Source of the DNA: Alphaproteobacteria bacterium
GTDB taxonomy: Bacteria; Pseudomonadota; Alphaproteobacteria; MPNO01; UBA830
DNA: 64,000 nucleotides
Reading direction: 5' to 3'
NCBI GenBank assembly: GCA_965243135.1
Contig: OZ251539.1
Location: 2,208,001 to 2,272,000, forward strand
Each line of letters begins with the position of its first letter. The stretch's first letter is position 1. Under the pieces are notes generated by a model. The model did no database searches, was not told where the DNA came from, and saw only the letters and a program-made list of their open reading frames with translations. Positions 42,122-55,151 of this stretch are shown piece after piece. The position numbers were made by a program, and so were the translations under genes.

Positions 42122-45052
42122 ATGACCTACCAACCTCTTCACGATGTGCTCGAGTCTACGGGCTATCTAACGAATGGTCAGCCAGCGCAGGGTGTGCACT
42201 TGGACGACGATGCCCGCAGCAGGTGTCGAGCCCGGGATTTTTCTCCCGACGCCATGTGGCGCAGCGAGTCGGCGCTCACTGTCTACTTCAAACAGGAACA
42301 AAGCACTCCACCCGATGACCGGGTTGCCGGATGGCATCGGGAGATCTGGAACTTAGGTATCGTGCCTCTGCTATGGGTGGTTTCGCCGGATGGAGTAGAT
42401 ATCTACAACGGATTCGGTCGACCAAAAAAAGCGGAAGATGCCGCCGAGCACCGGTTGGATACCTTCGGGAAGATCGAAAGCGAGTTGAACAGACTCGATG
42501 CTTTCGCTGGTCGGCTTGCCATGGAGACAGGCCAGTTCTGGCAGCAGGTCGGCACCGTTGATCGTAAGACCAGCGTCGACCGGCAGCTATTGTCCGATCT
42601 CGCCGCGGTTGAACATGACCTGATGGCAATGGACTTGAACCGTTCCAGTGCGCAAGCGCTGATTGGACGATCGATATTCACGCAATATCTTATTGATCGC
42701 AGGATCATTACGAGCGAGTTCCTTGAGCGCGGCTACGGACACAGAGCTCTCGCGTCCGTGTTGCGGAACCGACGCACTACTGAGCGGTTATTCAACTGGC
42801 TCCGTGACACCTTTAATGGCGACATGTTTATGTCGACGGATCCCTCCTCGCCGACCTCTGGACATCTCTGCAGAGTGGCGGATTTTCTTGACGCTGTGGA
42901 TCCCGAGACGGGGCAAAGAACGCTCTTTCCGTACCAGTTCGACGTGATACCGGTGGAGTTGATCAGCACGATCTACGAGCAATTCGCTCATTCCAATCCA
43001 TCGTCTGAGGACACCGAACCCGAGACGGATGTTTATTATACCCGGTTATCTCTCGTTTCCTTGATTCTCGACGAGATCATGGAGGGATTGACCGGAGAAG
43101 AAGTTGTGCTCGACATTACGTGCGGATCGGGGGTTTTTCTGGTCGAAGCTTTGCGGAAACTTGTCGCCCTCCGTTCCGGTTCGAATGAACCGCGCCGTGA
43201 AGTGATCCGTTCTACGCTGCACCAGCAGATCTACGGCGTAGATATCAATGACGCTGCGGTACAGGTTGCAGCATTCAGTCTTTATCTGGCTGCCCTGGAA
43301 CTGGATCCGGATCCGCAGCCGCCCGAGGCGCTGAAATTCGAACCGCTGATCGGCAAAACTCTTATCGTTGGCAACGCACGGAATATCGAAAATACGCCGG
43401 AATGGAATGCTTCGCTGACCGAACGAGGCCGCCGGAAGACGTTCGACGTCATTGTGGGCAATCCGCCTTGGAGCTATCCGGGCAAAGCAGACCCTATAGC
43501 ACGGCGTGCTCGGCGCAACCGGAGCGGTGTACTTGCGCCTCGTGGGGAGAGCCTCAATTTTGTCATTCGGGCCATGGAGTTTGCCTCCGATGAGACAAGA
43601 TTCGGCTTGGTTCTGAGCGGCATCCAGTTTTTTAGTCGCAGCAAAACGGGTGCTGCGGCCGTACGCTATATCATCGACAAGCTGTCTCCTGTGACCCTGA
43701 TCAACCTGTCGTACCAGTCGCGGTGGCTTTTTTCACGTGGCAATTTACCCGCAATTATCCTCTTGGCAAAACGCCAACTTTCGGACCGCAGCGAGATTAC
43801 TACCGTACAAATCCCGTGGTCTCCAGCTAGTGCGCGAACCCACGCATTCGATATCTCGCGCGACGACATTCTTACGCTACCGTTAGCCGATTGGCGCAAA
43901 AGGCCAGAGTTTCTCAAGGCCGCATTTTTCGGACTGCGGCGCGATCTGGATTTGTTAGACAGACTGACAACCAAGCATGCGTTGCTATGCGACCATCTCA
44001 AGGAACTCGGCACGGGATTTCACGCGGGTTTGACGATCGGAAATCGGAGCCGTGATTCAAGTTTCCTTCAAGGACTTCCATTACTGACAAAAAACGATCT
44101 TCAATTAATTTCTGCACCAAGCAGTTTAACTTCGTACAGCGACGAAAAGGCGGAGAGACCCCGCAAACGTGAAATTTATCAAGCACCGTTGTTGCTCATG
44201 CGGCAGTTCTTGAAGGGTGACGGGCGACTTGCAGCTGCTGATTCCAGACGGGACATCGTGTTCACAGAGGCATATTTCGGCGCGCCGCTGCCGAATATCG
44301 GGACGGCCCGCTTGCTCGCCGCGATTCTGAGTTCGTCGCTCGCCTCCTGGTTTGTTCTGATGACTGCCTCTACTTTCGGACTTTCGATGCGGCGGGTGTT
44401 GCTTCGGGACATCGAGAGCTTGCCGATTCCCGATCTCGAAACAGCCCTGCATTCCCACTCCGGCCGACATTTGACACGGCTTATTCGGAAATTGCAGCGA
44501 GATCCGTCGGATAGCGACGATTGGCGAACGCTTGATGAGGCTGCCTTCGACCTGTACGACTTGGACGATGCCGACCGCATCGTCGTGCGAGACGGCCTGT
44601 TCCGGGCGAGATGGCAATGGAGGTCCGGTAGACTCGAATCCGTCGCCGCCGCCGATACTGAGCATGTTCTTGCCTATGCGAATGCGTTCCTCGCAGCGAT
44701 CGATGTTTGGCTCTCGGCATTGAATCGCCGCCATATGCGTGCCGAGGTTTTCGATTTGCCCATGTCCGCACCGCTTCGGGTGGTTCGTTTCGTCCTTGAG
44801 GAACGTCCCGGGCCTTCGGTGGCGAAAGTTGCGCAACCGCAAGGACAATTGCGAGGCGTCCTTCATCGAATCGGCGAACGTCTGGATCTCCAGCTGGGGA
44901 CGGCCTTGGTCGGACAAAGGGCGCTACGGGTGTACGCGCCCAATGAAGTCGTCGTCATCAAGCCCGCCGCCCGCCGTCACTGGATGGGCGTGTCGGCGCT
45001 GGAAGACGCAGACGCCGTCATCGCAGAGAGCATTTCCGGAACGGTCGCGTGA
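42122..45052 (+). CDS. N6-adenine DNA methyltransferase (type IIG/I-like, 976 aa)
   Basis: IPVELISTIYEQF, YYTR, LDITCGSGVFLV, IYGVDIN, VGNPPW; intact. Confidence 0.88.
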   Translation: MTYQPLHDVLESTGYLTNGQPAQGVHLDDDARSRCRARDFSPDAMWRSESALTVYFKQEQSTPPDDRVAGWHREIWNLGIVPLLWVVSPDGVDIYNGFGRPKKAEDAAEHRLDTFGKIESELNRLDAFAGRLAMETGQFWQQVGTVDRKTSVDRQLLSDLAAVEHDLMAMDLNRSSAQALIGRSIFTQYLIDRRIITSEFLERGYGHRALASVLRNRRTTERLFNWLRDTFNGDMFMSTDPSSPTSGHLCRVADFLDAVDPETGQRTLFPYQFDVIPVELISTIYEQFAHSNPSSEDTEPETDVYYTRLSLVSLILDEIMEGLTGEEVVLDITCGSGVFLVEALRKLVALRSGSNEPRREVIRSTLHQQIYGVDINDAAVQVAAFSLYLAALELDPDPQPPEALKFEPLIGKTLIVGNARNIENTPEWNASLTERGRRKTFDVIVGNPPWSYPGKADPIARRARRNRSGVLAPRGESLNFVIRAMEFASDETRFGLVLSGIQFFSRSKTGAAAVRYIIDKLSPVTLINLSYQSRWLFSRGNLPAIILLAKRQLSDRSEITTVQIPWSPASARTHAFDISRDDILTLPLADWRKRPEFLKAAFFGLRRDLDLLDRLTTKHALLCDHLKELGTGFHAGLTIGNRSRDSSFLQGLPLLTKNDLQLISAPSSLTSYSDEKAERPRKREIYQAPLLLMRQFLKGDGRLAAADSRRDIVFTEAYFGAPLPNIGTARLLAAILSSSLASWFVLMTASTFGLSMRRVLLRDIESLPIPDLETALHSHSGRHLTRLIRKLQRDPSDSDDWRTLDEAAFDLYDLDDADRIVVRDGLFRARWQWRSGRLESVAAADTEHVLAYANAFLAAIDVWLSALNRRHMRAEVFDLPMSAPLRVVRFVLEERPGPSVAKVAQPQGQLRGVLHRIGERLDLQLGTALVGQRALRVYAPNEVVVIKPAARRHWMGVSALEDADAVIAESISGTVA

Positions 45053-45717
45053 AATTGCCGACCGATGTCCCGGCTGCCGTCGGCCGGCCGTCTGTAGACC
45101 TTGCAAGCGAGATAGCGGGGGCGATACTGCGAACCGTCGAGGCCGGCTGGAGGCTTGCTATGAAGTCGCCGGACGTAAGTGCGGATGATCGGGAAGTAGA
45201 GATCACGGAGCGGCTGCGCGATGGGATGCGCAGTGCGTTGAACTCCGGAATGTTTAAATGGAAAGGCAACATGTTCGTATTTCCCGGAACCCAATCCCGC
45301 TCTCGTCCGGATGTTTTAGTGCCGGATGGCCTAACGGACATTTCGATTTTCTTGGTTGGGATAGGCCGACGTTTGGAAGAGCACGATCCCCATGCAGTGA
45401 TCGAGTGCAAGCGAATCACCGGCAAAAATGCGGATTTGTGCCGCAAATACGTTGTGGAAGGCATTGATCGTTTCCGAACCGGAAAATATTCGGGGAACCA
45501 CTCGATCGGTTTCATGGCCGGGTATTTAATTTCCGGAGACGAAAAATCCGCAGTTAACGGTGTTAATCGCTATCTGAAGGGTAAATCGCGCAGTGCCGAA
45601 AGTCTACGGCGGTCGCATCTCATCGCTGAATCCTGGGTGCGGCAGAGTCAGCATGAACGAATGGGGAAATCACCAATAGAATTGTATCATGCACTATTGT
45701 CGTTCGTTACCGCATGA
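45049..45717 (+). CDS. Putative PD-(D/E)xK nuclease coupled to the MTase
   Basis: GTGA overlap; GLTDISI...VIECKR...YVVEGIDRFRTGKYS. Confidence 0.65.
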   Translation: MKLPTDVPAAVGRPSVDLASEIAGAILRTVEAGWRLAMKSPDVSADDREVEITERLRDGMRSALNSGMFKWKGNMFVFPGTQSRSRPDVLVPDGLTDISIFLVGIGRRLEEHDPHAVIECKRITGKNADLCRKYVVEGIDRFRTGKYSGNHSIGFMAGYLISGDEKSAVNGVNRYLKGKSRSAESLRRSHLIAESWVRQSQHERMGKSPIELYHALLSFVTA

Positions 45718-46326
45718 TGAAACGTTTTCGCCGCACCATTTTCTGTCGGCTGACAGCCTGGCCCGCATCTTGGGGTTTGCGATGGCCGGAACGCCTCTGC
45801 AGTCGGGTGCGAAGATACGCCTCCGCGACCGCCGCGACAAGCAACCGTTTATGGGCGGATCATCGGCTTCGGCGCGGTCGGAACGCGCCGATTTGGCGAG
45901 AACGGAGGTCTTGACTTGCGGTGTTGTGCCAAGTCGTCCAGTGGAAGCGCAAAACCTTGCAGGCAATGCATACGAGGCCACTTCAGCTACCTTGCCGTCG
46001 TAGTGCGAAAAAAAGAGGGATAACGACAGCATGACGCAGCCCTACCAACGCGGTACGGGGAAACGCACGCGAAGCGGCGGAGTTGTTGCACGACCGCGCC
46101 GCCGCAGCTCGCGACAGCGCGTTTTCTTTACGCGGGATTCCTGATAGGGGTCCCGCGACGGCCGGAGTCGTCGCCTGCGTCGCCCCGCCGTCCGGGGGCT
46201 TTCGGCGGGCGGCTGCCGGAATCGCGGCGTCGGACGGTCCGTGATCCCGCGCCGGCCGCGTCCGCAAGGACGCTATCCGGTTCCGGTCCAGCCGTCGTCT
46301 CGTTCGGTGCCTGTAGCGATAACGAC

Positions 46327-49300
46327 ATGACGGACGCTGCGAATAATACGGCCGCCGACGCAACCCCGGACCAGCTCCGGCCGCCGCCCGGCCTTGCCGA
46401 CGGTCGAACGGAACCTGCGCTTTCCGACCGGGTTCCCGGTTCGCAAGAGACTGCGGATCTGCCGCCGCCGCCCGCCGCGCCTGATCGTCCTGAAGAACTG
46501 TTGCCGCCCGCTCCGCCGGCCGGCATGGCGGACGAAACCGGAGACAGGTTGCTCGGAAAGATTCTCGGGCGGATCCCGGAAGCGGAAACGAACATCGGAA
46601 AGCACATCGACGAGCGGCTGGCGGAACTGCCGGCCGCCATCGAAAGGCGCCTGACCTTTCATCCCCCCATTGTCGAGTCCTTGAGCATGTCGTTGTTCCG
46701 TAGCGCCTTGTATATTTGAACGTAGGCCTTGAGGTAGCCGTAGCCCTGCCAGATGGTCCCGGGCAAGGGCTGGCGTTGGGATGAAGCCCGCGAGCCGTCC
46801 CACGTCGACCACGAAGGTCTGGACGTCGAGGTTTTCGGGCGGCGACCTGCTCTTGACCATGCCTCGTTCGGCAAGGTCGAGATAAAGCACCGCAATTTCA
46901 TCTTCGTCCGCGACTTCGGCGGCGGGGGCGTCCGGCCTGTCCCGCGCCATGCGCTGGAAGTCGAAGACCCGGCATGCGGTAATGGCGTCGAAAGCAAGGC
47001 ACTTTCGGAGGTCGTCGGCATCGTCGAACTGCCGGTCTTCGATGCCCATGCCGGACTTGAGGGCCTTGAAGTATTCTTCGATCGTCCAGCGCCGTTCGTA
47101 CCACTTTACGACGCGCACCGCGTCGTCTTTCTCGGGTTTGCCCTCCGTCGTGAGCAACAGCCAGTCGAGGCCTTGCGGTCCTGCGACCGACACGGCGAGC
47201 ATGGAGAGAGGCGCGTCGCCGGTCCTGTCGCCGGGCGGCACGAGCCGGACGCGGGCGGCGCGGATGTCAAGCGTCACCTCGCGTTTCTTGCGCGCCCGCT
47301 TGCCGCCGCAGGCGGCGAGGTTCAGCGACCTCCGGGTCAGCACCGGCTGTTCCGCCATGTGGTTCCAAAGCCCTTTTTTGCTGCCATCTTCGCACAGCAC
47401 GCGCCGCCGCTTCGAGCGGCAGGCGCGCACCACCAGGCCGGCACCCGCCGCGACCGCCCTCGACAGCAGTTCCCAGATATCCCCTTCCCGGTCGCACACG
47501 GTGATGACCTGCGTGTCGGGGCAGGCGCGCGCGATTTCCTGCGCCTTGTCGAAGTGGCCAGCGGACGCTCTCGCTTTCGTCCTTGTCGTCGCGCATGGTG
47601 GCGTCGATCTCGAAGACCCCGAGCGGGCGTCTTGAGGTCGTGATCGCAAGTCCGAAGTGGGCGGCGATGCCTTTGGTTCCCGACCCGCCGCCGCCGAGCG
47701 GCACCAGGCCGGAGGTGGCTTGCAGGCCGTTGTAATTCAGCATCGTCGTGTCCTGGACCGCTAGAACCACGCGCTCCTTGCGGCAGCGCTCGACCATGCA
47801 TTCCTTGTGCGACTCGAGAACGTGCTCCATGCTCACCCTCGGATTCGACAGCAGCCGGTAGGCTGCTTTCTGATCTTCCTTGTCCGGGCACCGGTACCGG
47901 TTCGCCGGGCCGTGCCTCCCATGCGCGCCCCATTCGTACCACCGCGAATGCGTCCGTCCGGGTGCGTTCCGCGTCCCATTCCGCCCAATCGTCGGACGGA
48001 GGTGCCTCCGGGGCGAGGCCGAGCATCCGTTCCGGTTCCCGGCGCAGCCGCTCTTTCCAGTCGGCGGCCAGCGGCTTCATCCAGACCGACCGTGCGACGC
48101 CCCTCTCCATGGCGCCTGGCGGCAACCCCGACGTCGGCCTGCCGCAACGCTCCCATCCTGCCGCGCGATAGCAAGCGCCGGAATGGTCGGGAGAGACGTA
48201 AGTGTAGGCCATGAGCGGACGCACGCCGTAGGCGGCTTCCCAATCGCCGGGCAGTCGCGTCGCCGCGAGGTCGAGAACGTGCGACGCAAGCCCGCGCACG
48301 CGCACCCCCGGCAACAGCAGAAACCGGTTATTGTTGACCATCCGTTGCAGGTTGGCGACCCGTGCGTCCGCCGACCAGCCGACGAACTCATCGCGCGCTT
48401 TCTGGTGCCAACTGGCGGCGCAGAAAGCGATGCCGCCCAGTCGGCCATGACGGGACGACACGATCCAGTAACACCTTTGCGCGCCCGGCGGACGCATCCA
48501 TCGCTGCGGATGATGGGTTGCCATCATCGAGCGCCACCGCTCCTTGTCGGCGCTCCCAGAAACCGGTTCCAGCGCGACTTCTCCGACCTCCGCCAGACTG
48601 CAGCGAAGCGACAGGTTCGGAAAATTCCGGGCCGGCGCCTTCTGCGGCAGGCGCTCCTGCGGCGGCGGCAAGGCGATCCCGAGTTTCTCGGCGAGCTTCG
48701 GCAGGATCCGTCGCGCCGAGGCGAGGCAAAGTTCGCCCTTCTCATTGCGCCAGTTCTCGCGCTCGCACAGCCCGTGGGCCAACTGACGCCGGGTGCGACC
48801 ACCCTCGGCGACTGCCGCTCGGAACCACTCGATACTGTCCGCATGGAAACGGTGAAGTCCAACTTGCATACGCCGAAAGTAGCGTCACCGATTCATGGAA
48901 TCAACTATTATTTGACGAAAGGCGCCTGACCGCCCCGCCGCGCCGCAACGCGCCGCCGGCGGCCGCCGCTCCCGAAGACGCCGGGCAAACGGTCGTTCAG
49001 GCTTCCGAAGCCGCGACCGTCGTTCCGCCCGTCGCGGATGTCGAACCTGCCGGACAGGCCGGCTCCCCCGCAAGCGTCGCGGCCGCCGCGGCCAAACTGG
49101 AAAAGCAGGTCCGCACCCACGCCGCCGACTTCCAGCGCTGGCAGTCGGTCAACCGGACCCGGAGCCGGCGGCTGGCGGCCGCCGCCGTCGCTGTCGGAGC
49201 GCCGTGCCTGCTCGCCCTCGGCCTGCTCCTTCCGGCGCAGTTCGCGATCCTTCCGGCGCCGGACCCCACCAACGGCTGGCGGGACTTCGTCTGGAACCGC

Positions 49301-49381
49301 TTCGGCTCGGAAATCGCCGACTGCGTCCTCCGGGCGCGCGCCGCCGGCAAGCGGTCCGCTTGCGAGATCGTCGTCCCGTAG
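46327..49381 (+). pseudogene. Pro-rich membrane protein (possible mobilisation accessory) split by an IS4-like element
   Basis: ...AAIERRLT|APPRRN... rejoins in frame across the direct repeat; C-terminal TM segment and DPTNGWRDFVWNRFG. Confidence 0.6.
46651..48915 (-). mobile_element. IS4-family (IS50/Tn5-like) element encoding a DUF4338-transposase fusion, decayed
   Basis: Direct repeat CGAAAGGCGC(CTGACC) at 46641 and 48916 (10-16 bp, exact boundary ambiguous); DUF4338 motifs (NNNRFLLLP, GACYRAAGW) then KAAYRLL, QDTT, CDREGDIWE, WLLLTT, RWTIEEYFKALKSG. Confidence 0.82.
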
Positions 49382-51053
49382 CGGCTACGCCTGAGACAGC
49401 CCGCGGCGGCCGGCCCGCCGCCCGGCCTCCTTCTCCCGCAAGGCGCGCCGCCGCGCCTCTTCGTCCGGCCAATGGTCGCGCCGGCAATGCGCCAGGGCGT
49501 CGGCGAGGCGGAAGATGCGTTCTCCCGTTTCGGGCGGGCGCGCGCCCCCGGCCTGCCGGACCAGGAGGCCGATCCCGTCCTTCCCGGCGTCCTTGCCGTC
49601 GGCCGCGATATCCTCGACGATGGCCTCGATCGTCCGTTCTTCCGGCGACGCCGCCCACGGCCCGGCCTCGACCGTCTCCGTCCACCGGAGAACATCGCCG
49701 TGCGCGAGATCGGCGGGACCCGCGACGGCCGCCTCCGCGAGTTCCGCGCCCGGCGCCTCGAGCCGCGAGGCGCCGGGGTCGTCCGGCCAGAGCGGTTCCC
49801 AGATCGCGTCGTCGCGTTCGTGGGCCTCTTCGACCTCCCGCACCGTCCAGGAGACGAGGTCGCCGCCCGCGAGGTGCGGGCCGTAGGTTTTCGCGTCCGC
49901 GAGAATGGCGCGTCCGGCGGCGAGCAACCGTTCGCTCTCCGCCCGCCAGCCGGCGTAGGAGGGAACGTCCCTTATCGACGTCGCCGCGCTGCGTTCCCAT
50001 TCCGCGAAGAGTTCCGTCCGCCGCGAGTCGCTCCTGTCCGCGGCCGCGACGTACTCGTCGATCCGCCGCCGCGCCGTCCGTCCCTCCTCCAGATAGTCCA
50101 GCGCCCGGTCGATCTGCCGTCCGGCGTCGTCGTCCAGGTCGGCGCGGATCGCTTTCATGCGTTCGACGAACTCCGCGTGGCCGTCGAGGTACATGACGTG
50201 GACGCCACCGTCGTCGGCGAGGGCCGAGCACTCCTTCCAAGCGGCGTTCAGCCGCTCCAGCCGTTCCTGAAGGCGCCGTCCTTCCGCCGCCCGTTCCGGA
50301 TCGACCGGCCGCTCGCCGCGATCGATCGCCCGGAACACGTCCTCGGCCGTACGCGCGCCGCGGAACGCCTCGCGGATCTTCTCCAGAAGCCGCGCGATCC
50401 GCGCGAACAGCCAGGAGACCTGCGCGCCGGCCTCGAGCCGGTTTTCGCTCCATCGGCGGTAGGCTTCGGCGACGGCCTCCTCGATCTGCGCCTCTTCCGG
50501 CCGGTCGGCGTAGCACGTCCGGATGCCGAAGGCGGCGAGCCATTCGTCCCGCGCCCGCGCCGCGAGCGCTTCCCAATCGCCGTCGGAAAATGCGCCGAGA
50601 TCCCGCAGCGCGTGGACGATCTCGTGCCGCAGCACGCTCCGCATCGCGCCCGGTTCGGCCAGCGCGACCTCGATGACGCCGCGGGCGTAGCGGCCCATCG
50701 CCTCGTCCGCCGGATCCGCGGTCAGCCGCAGGCCGACCGCTCCGGCGCCGATCGCGTCGAGTTCCGCCCGCAACTCCGCGAACGCCGCTTGCCGCTCCGC
50801 CTCCGAGAACGTTCGCCGCGGCCCGTCCGCCTCCATCCTCAGAGCGCGTTCTTCCGGCCGGAGCCGTTCGATCTCCCGTTCGACGGCCGCTCGCGCAGCA
50901 CTCGCCACATGCGGGCGTTCCGCGAACGCCTTCATACGTTCGACCAGCTCGCCTCCCCCGCTGCCGCCCGTTCGCGTGATTTGGTCGTTCCAGTCCTCCC
51001 GCAGCCGATCGTAGAGTCTCCAGCTCTCCTGCCAGGCGAGAACGGATGTTTTG

Positions 51054-53192
51054 CAGGCCTATCCCACGCTATTTTTTGTGCGTCGCGCTGGGTCGCGCTG
51101 GCCCCAACCGGGGAACCGGACATGCCTGCGGCTTGGCCACGGCGGTTTTTGGCACCATTCGTTGTGTAACCAACCACGAACTGCAGACCACACAAAACCG
51201 TTCCGCGAGATTTTTTCGCGGCGGCGCTCGCCGTTCGAGAGGAGCGTGACGCTGTGGGCTGTCCCGTCTGTCTTCACGCCGAGACGCCCGAACTCGGAAC
51301 GGTTATGTCGGCGCGAGGCCCGGAGAACCGTACCCAAAGTTGCACGGGGTGAGCAGGTGTCGAGCGTTGGGGGCAGGGAGAGGAGAAGCGGAGAAGAGAG
51401 GGGGGCGACACCGCGTCGGCGAAGCGTCAAGGCAGGAGAATGGCCTCCATCCCCTTTTGACGATCAAGCGAGATGGTGCGCATGGCCTGCGCGACGCCGT
51501 CGAAAGCCTTGTGAAAGATTACCGCGCAGGCGATGTTCCCGATGGTCGCATTGTTTGCGGGGCCGAAGCCGACGCTGAACTGCGAGTCGTCTTCCCGGAA
51601 GTTGACGTCGCGGACGCGATGGTTCTTGTTCTCGACGCTCCAGTGTCCGCGGTTGAAGGCGAGCAACTCTTTGGCGTCAGCCTCGGCCAGGGAGGTGATG
51701 CCGTAGGCGTGTTGTTTGTACGCCGGTCTTCACAATCTCCCGTTCGCGGGTAACGCGGAATATCTGCTTGACGTGAGGGTAGTTGATCGCGCCCGGGAGG
51801 GGTCTGACGACATGGATGTGGCGCCGGTCGATGCGCCCGTGGGCGGGGTCGGCTTCCTCGGAGAAACTGGCGTCCGCATCGCGTTCCCATGTCTCCAGAT
51901 GTTCGCACGTCTCGGGCGAGTTGCCCTTGATCGACAACAGGTAGTCGGCGCGATGCGTTTCGACGCGGGCGGTGTCCCTGGTCGTGTGAAGGGCATCGAG
52001 ACACGGCCCGACACGTCGACAGTTTCAAGCAGTGTGCGGACAGCGGCGATCTCTCCGCCTTCATCGTGAAAGCCGATGCTGGCGAGCGGGATGCCCGTGT
52101 TGTGCTCGACCAAGGTTGCGATTTCGGTGGAGCCGGTGCGGTTGGCCCGGGCGCTTGCCGTCGCCCGCGCGCCCGATGCGCGGTGCCGAGTAGCGGGCAT
52201 GCGCCTTCTCAAGCTCGACCGGGGTTAGAGATGACGCGGTGAATGGTGGATTTCGAGACGGCCACGCCCTGTCTTCTTGTTCTTCCATGCGCCGAGCGCT
52301 TCGAGTTCGTCCTGGGTCAGCGACTTCGCGTAGTCGGCGGCGGCCACCGGTCCACGGAACCCGGCCAGCCAGGCAAGCATGTAGATGCTGAAGACCGACG
52401 CTGCGGAATGTTTCCGCCCTTGCGCCCGGCGAAAGTCGACGATTTCCGCGACGCGAAGAGCACGAAGTTCGCCAGGCTTTTTCCTCGAAACGGCCCCCGT
52501 CCGTTCCCACTCCGCGGGTAGTTCATTGGCGCGCAGAAGGCGCTGCGCGTCGCGCCGAAGGGACGTAAAGCTGTTTGGGCGCACCGTGCGGTTCCGTGTA
52601 CCGACCACCTGGAATATCCCTTTGAATCTCCGACATGAATCCAGCCGCCCGCCTTGTAGATAGTGCCTTCGAAACGGGACGGGTCGACAAAGGTTTCGGC
52701 CAACAGCAGCCGATGCCGCGCCTGCCAGTCGTCGCTGAGGCGGTTCAGCATCTGCGCCAAGGACGCCAGGTTGCGGCACATGCTCTGCTTCGCCAGCGAC
52801 ACGAAGCGGGTGTTGTTGGCTCGCAGGCGCCGAAACTGGTTCGCAGGCTTCCAGCCGATCCCCCGTGGCCGGCACTTGAACGCGCCGGTTTGCCAGCCCG
52901 CAAGCGCCAGCCAGCGGCCTCGACATGCGACCACATACCGCAAGCCGCGACCGGCGAAGCGCTTGAACTCCAGGTAATGGTTCTCGCGAACGAGAGCGTC
53001 CCACTTGACCCGCTCGTCCGGTCGAGCCAAGCGAACCTCCACCGCTTCGAGCGAAAAATCTTCCATGTTCGGCGCGGAAATCTCAGCCATGGCCTGTGAG
53101 TAACCGAATCGGTTGGCGAAAGCCAGAGAAAAATACGGCGCAGTGAAAAAAAATGTGGAATCACGCCGCTACTCTAGCGTGGGATCGCCCTG
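51054..53192 (-). mobile_element. ISAs1-family element encoding a DUF4338-transposase fusion, decayed
   Basis: 18-bp TIR CAGG(CCT/GCG)ATCCCACGCTA; 9-bp TSD GATGTTTTG (51045-51053 / 53193-53201); DUF4338 (NHYL, ANNTRF, ETFVDPSRFEGTIYKA) then ISAs1 motifs (GEIAAV, IKGN, HGRIDRR, HWSVENKNHRVRDVNFRED). Confidence 0.88.
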
Positions 53193-55151
53193 GATGTTTT
53201 GTCGCGGTAGTGGAATCCGCCGCTCAGATGTTCTATAGTGATAGCCGAGAACCTCGTGTGATCTAACGTTGCTTCCTCCGCGGAACCGGCGTTTGCCATG
53301 ACGGCGAGGTTCTCAGTCCTTTCGGAAATGTGATCGTAGAAGCGCTGCCCATCCGGCATTTCCCTTACGGTCAGGCGAACTCGCCGGAGTTCGCCATCCA
53401 GATCGACCACCCCGGCAAAGTGGTGGAACGCCCGGACATTCCTGTCTCCTTTGAGGGGCCGCTCGCTTTCGTAGCGGATACAAGTTCGAAGCAGATCGGG
53501 AAGCGCTGGCACGATCTCGATGTTTCGCCTGCCTTCCCCTCTGATGCCCCTGACGCCAACCAGACCGCCTTGCGGTGTAGTCCGGTAGCCTTCTTGAGAC
53601 CTCGCCGGCCGACAAGAACTTCCCATCCTGTGTCAGAAATTCCCGCTAACTCGTAGTGGTCGTGCCAAATGCAAAGAACTCTCTCGACAGGAGGCACGAC
53701 CGTCAGGACAGACGTCTAACGTTCGGCTTTATGGCCGAGCTTTCGTTGGTTATGTTTCCCCCTGAAGAACCTGCTACACACTTCGAAAATTTATTATGTC
53801 AGGAAGTATCGTAAGGTTCCAGAATCGGTTTCTTGTACGCTATCGCACGATAAAGCGCTTCCCAGCCTGGTAATGAAAAGTTGAAGAACATAGTCCTCAA
53901 CTTCTCCCAAAAGTAGCTGGAACGCTCGGCTTTCTTCTGTGCTCTTTGAAACAGATTGCAACATCTCTGCTGAATCTGGTCGATCAGGAAAGCCAGCATC
54001 TAAGCCAAGACATTCGACAGATGCTTGTAACCATGACCGAAGTTGTGTTCGAAGTTGTAGCCTTGGTTCTTCAGGGTGTTGAAGGTCTCGTTCACGCCAG
54101 CGCGCACGTCCGGCGCGCATTATCTCCATCAGGTTGTGGTCCCCTACTGGCAGGTCTGTAACCCAAGAGAAGCGTTGTTTTCCACCGTCGGGACGCTTTT
54201 CCCAGTACAAAGTTGACTTCAAGGTCGAAATTCGCGTCGTTGAGTGGCGCTTTGTTAAGATATCTGAATTCGTGCCGTACATCTTCTTCATCGGAAAATT
54301 CGGCACGTTTCACGGATCGTGACCTGTTCACTAAACAAAAATTTGTGATCACCCGGCTTGGCGCCTAGTATGAAGCGAAGGTTCAACTCCTTGAGACGGA
54401 TGCGGGCCGTTCGAGGCAAGCCCGTCCTCTACCAGTTTCAAAAACGGGTGCTCCCGCCGCACATCGCGCAACAATCGCGTCGCTGCGTTGCGTTCGCAAT
54501 CGTTTTTTTTCTTTCCGTCTTTCTTGGTAATCGGCTCCGGTGCAAGAGGGAAAACTTCCTTTTGTTCCGGGTGTACGAGAACTGCCCCCAACATCTGGTG
54601 GTAGTACGTGATTGTTCCGTTCCTGTGGTGCTTTTCACAACAGCTTTTACAGTGCACCTTGTGAGATGAAAAATATCCTGTTCCGTTAACGGATAAAAGA
54701 TAATGCCCGCCTAGACATGTGTAACCTTCCAGACCTTTTCCACGTTGAAGCAACTGGAACATCTTCGTAAAAGCGGGACGCAAACTATGAGGGTCCACGT
54801 CGTCCAGACGCTCGCGCAACCTGCTGTCGGAAGGTGCCCGCTCTATCCCGTACAACGTCGCAAGATTATTGCGAACCGTTTCATCAAAACGTGCGTCACG
54901 ATCAAACTTTAAAAGAGCTTCAAACCAAATACCGCAATCCCCGACATCAGGAAATCCGAAAGAGCGAGGCCTCGACTCGCCGTCAGATCCTCAATGCCGT
55001 CGAAAACCTCCCGGAGCGCCTTCAGCAATCCTGGAGCGCTGAGTGTCTTGCGCATGCCTGGCATTCTGGCCATTTTGCCCGCCTCGCCTTCGGACCATTT
55101 TCCAGAGAAAAATGCTCCGCTCGAGTAAGCGTTCGGTCGTGGGGTGATGGC

